From NCBI RefSeq assembly GCF_006345805.1, contig NC_043010.1, positions 6,572,001-6,636,000 on the forward strand: DNA of 64,000 nucleotides, written 5' to 3'. Below the pieces are notes generated by a model that saw only the letters and a program-made list of their open reading frames with translations, searched no databases and had not been told where the DNA came from. A program made the translations under genes and the position numbers. Positions 63,404-64,000 of this stretch are shown piece by piece (position 1 is the first letter of the stretch; the number at the start of each line of letters is the position of its first letter). Source of the DNA: Octopus sinensis. Lineage: Eukaryota.

Positions 63404-63700
63404 AGAGGCACATGGCCTTGTGGTTAGGGCAGCGGACTCGCGGTTGAGAGATCGTGGGTTCGAATCTCAGACCGGGTGATGTGTGTGTTTATGAGCGAAA
63501 CACCTAAGCTCCGCACGGCTCTGGCAGAAGGTAATGGCAAACTTCTGTTGACTCTTTCACCACAACTTTCTCTCATTCTTTCCTCCTGCACCTTGCAGCT
63601 CACTTGCAATGGACTGGCGTCCCGTCTGGGTGAGGAACCTATATGCCAAGAAAACCGGGAAACCAGCCCTATGAGCCAGGCATGGCTCGAGAAGGAGAAT
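63404..63700 (+). mobile_element. tRNA-derived SINE family C
   Basis: tggccttgtggttagggcagcgg (A box), ggttcgaatc (B box), body containing atggactggcgtcccgtc. Confidence 0.85.
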
Positions 63701-64000
63701 GGTTTATGATCACCTAAGACTAGAAGTTTTAAGACTTTCGAAATAAGTAAGCAAATAAATAAATGTATATGCATATTCTATGTACCTGCTTTCATATTCC
63801 TTAATTGCAAATTCAAACTTTTAATCCAACTAAATATAAAGAAATGGTTATCTCCTTCTTACTATCTGTCTGCTTGGGGGCTCCATGCATTTAAATCAAG
63901 ACCATTCATTATTACTTTATGGAAGAATTTTCTCTTCATTATGTTGCAAAGATATTGCTTACTAATGATTTTCAATATTGGAGAAAGCCTCAGATTTGGT

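Noticed and set aside
63404-63475. tRNA gene candidates (also 56931, 22114 and the SINE A/B heads)
   Set aside because: A/B boxes are present but there is no complete cloverleaf or acceptor stem, and they run into SINE bodies; they are SINE heads.

Overview
AT-rich, microsatellite-dense eukaryotic DNA. The SINE, LINE and microsatellite make-up strongly suggests an octopus or other coleoid cephalopod (inference from recognised repeat types, not a search result). No host protein-coding exon could be supported, so the window looks intronic or intergenic, and almost all ORFs in the track are low-complexity microsatellite artefacts. The only substantial coding element is a near-full-length CR1-clade LINE on the minus strand (about 31300-35450). 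Its ORF1 has a PHD-like finger, polyQ and an RRM-like region, its ORF2 has APE endonuclease plus RT, and three small lesions inactivate it. The rest is several tRNA-derived SINE families (some multimeric or nested), RTE-, R4/Dong- and CR1-type LINE fragments, an internally deleted mariner, a piggyBac-type MITE, a non-autonomous Helitron and foldback palindromes. Most interesting: (1) about ten minimal type-I hammerhead-ribozyme-like motifs in short microsatellite-embedded elements, including a head-to-tail array with 353/372-nt spacing (retrozyme-like), a recurrent CUGUNGA core variant, and one inside a tRNA-headed SINE; (2) the LINE ORF1/ORF2 junction, with a G_GGA_AAC slippery heptamer right before the ORF1 stop, ORF2 in the -1 frame with no AUG until codon 65, and a perfect 15-bp hairpin downstream, suggesting -1 frameshifting or non-AUG initiation.
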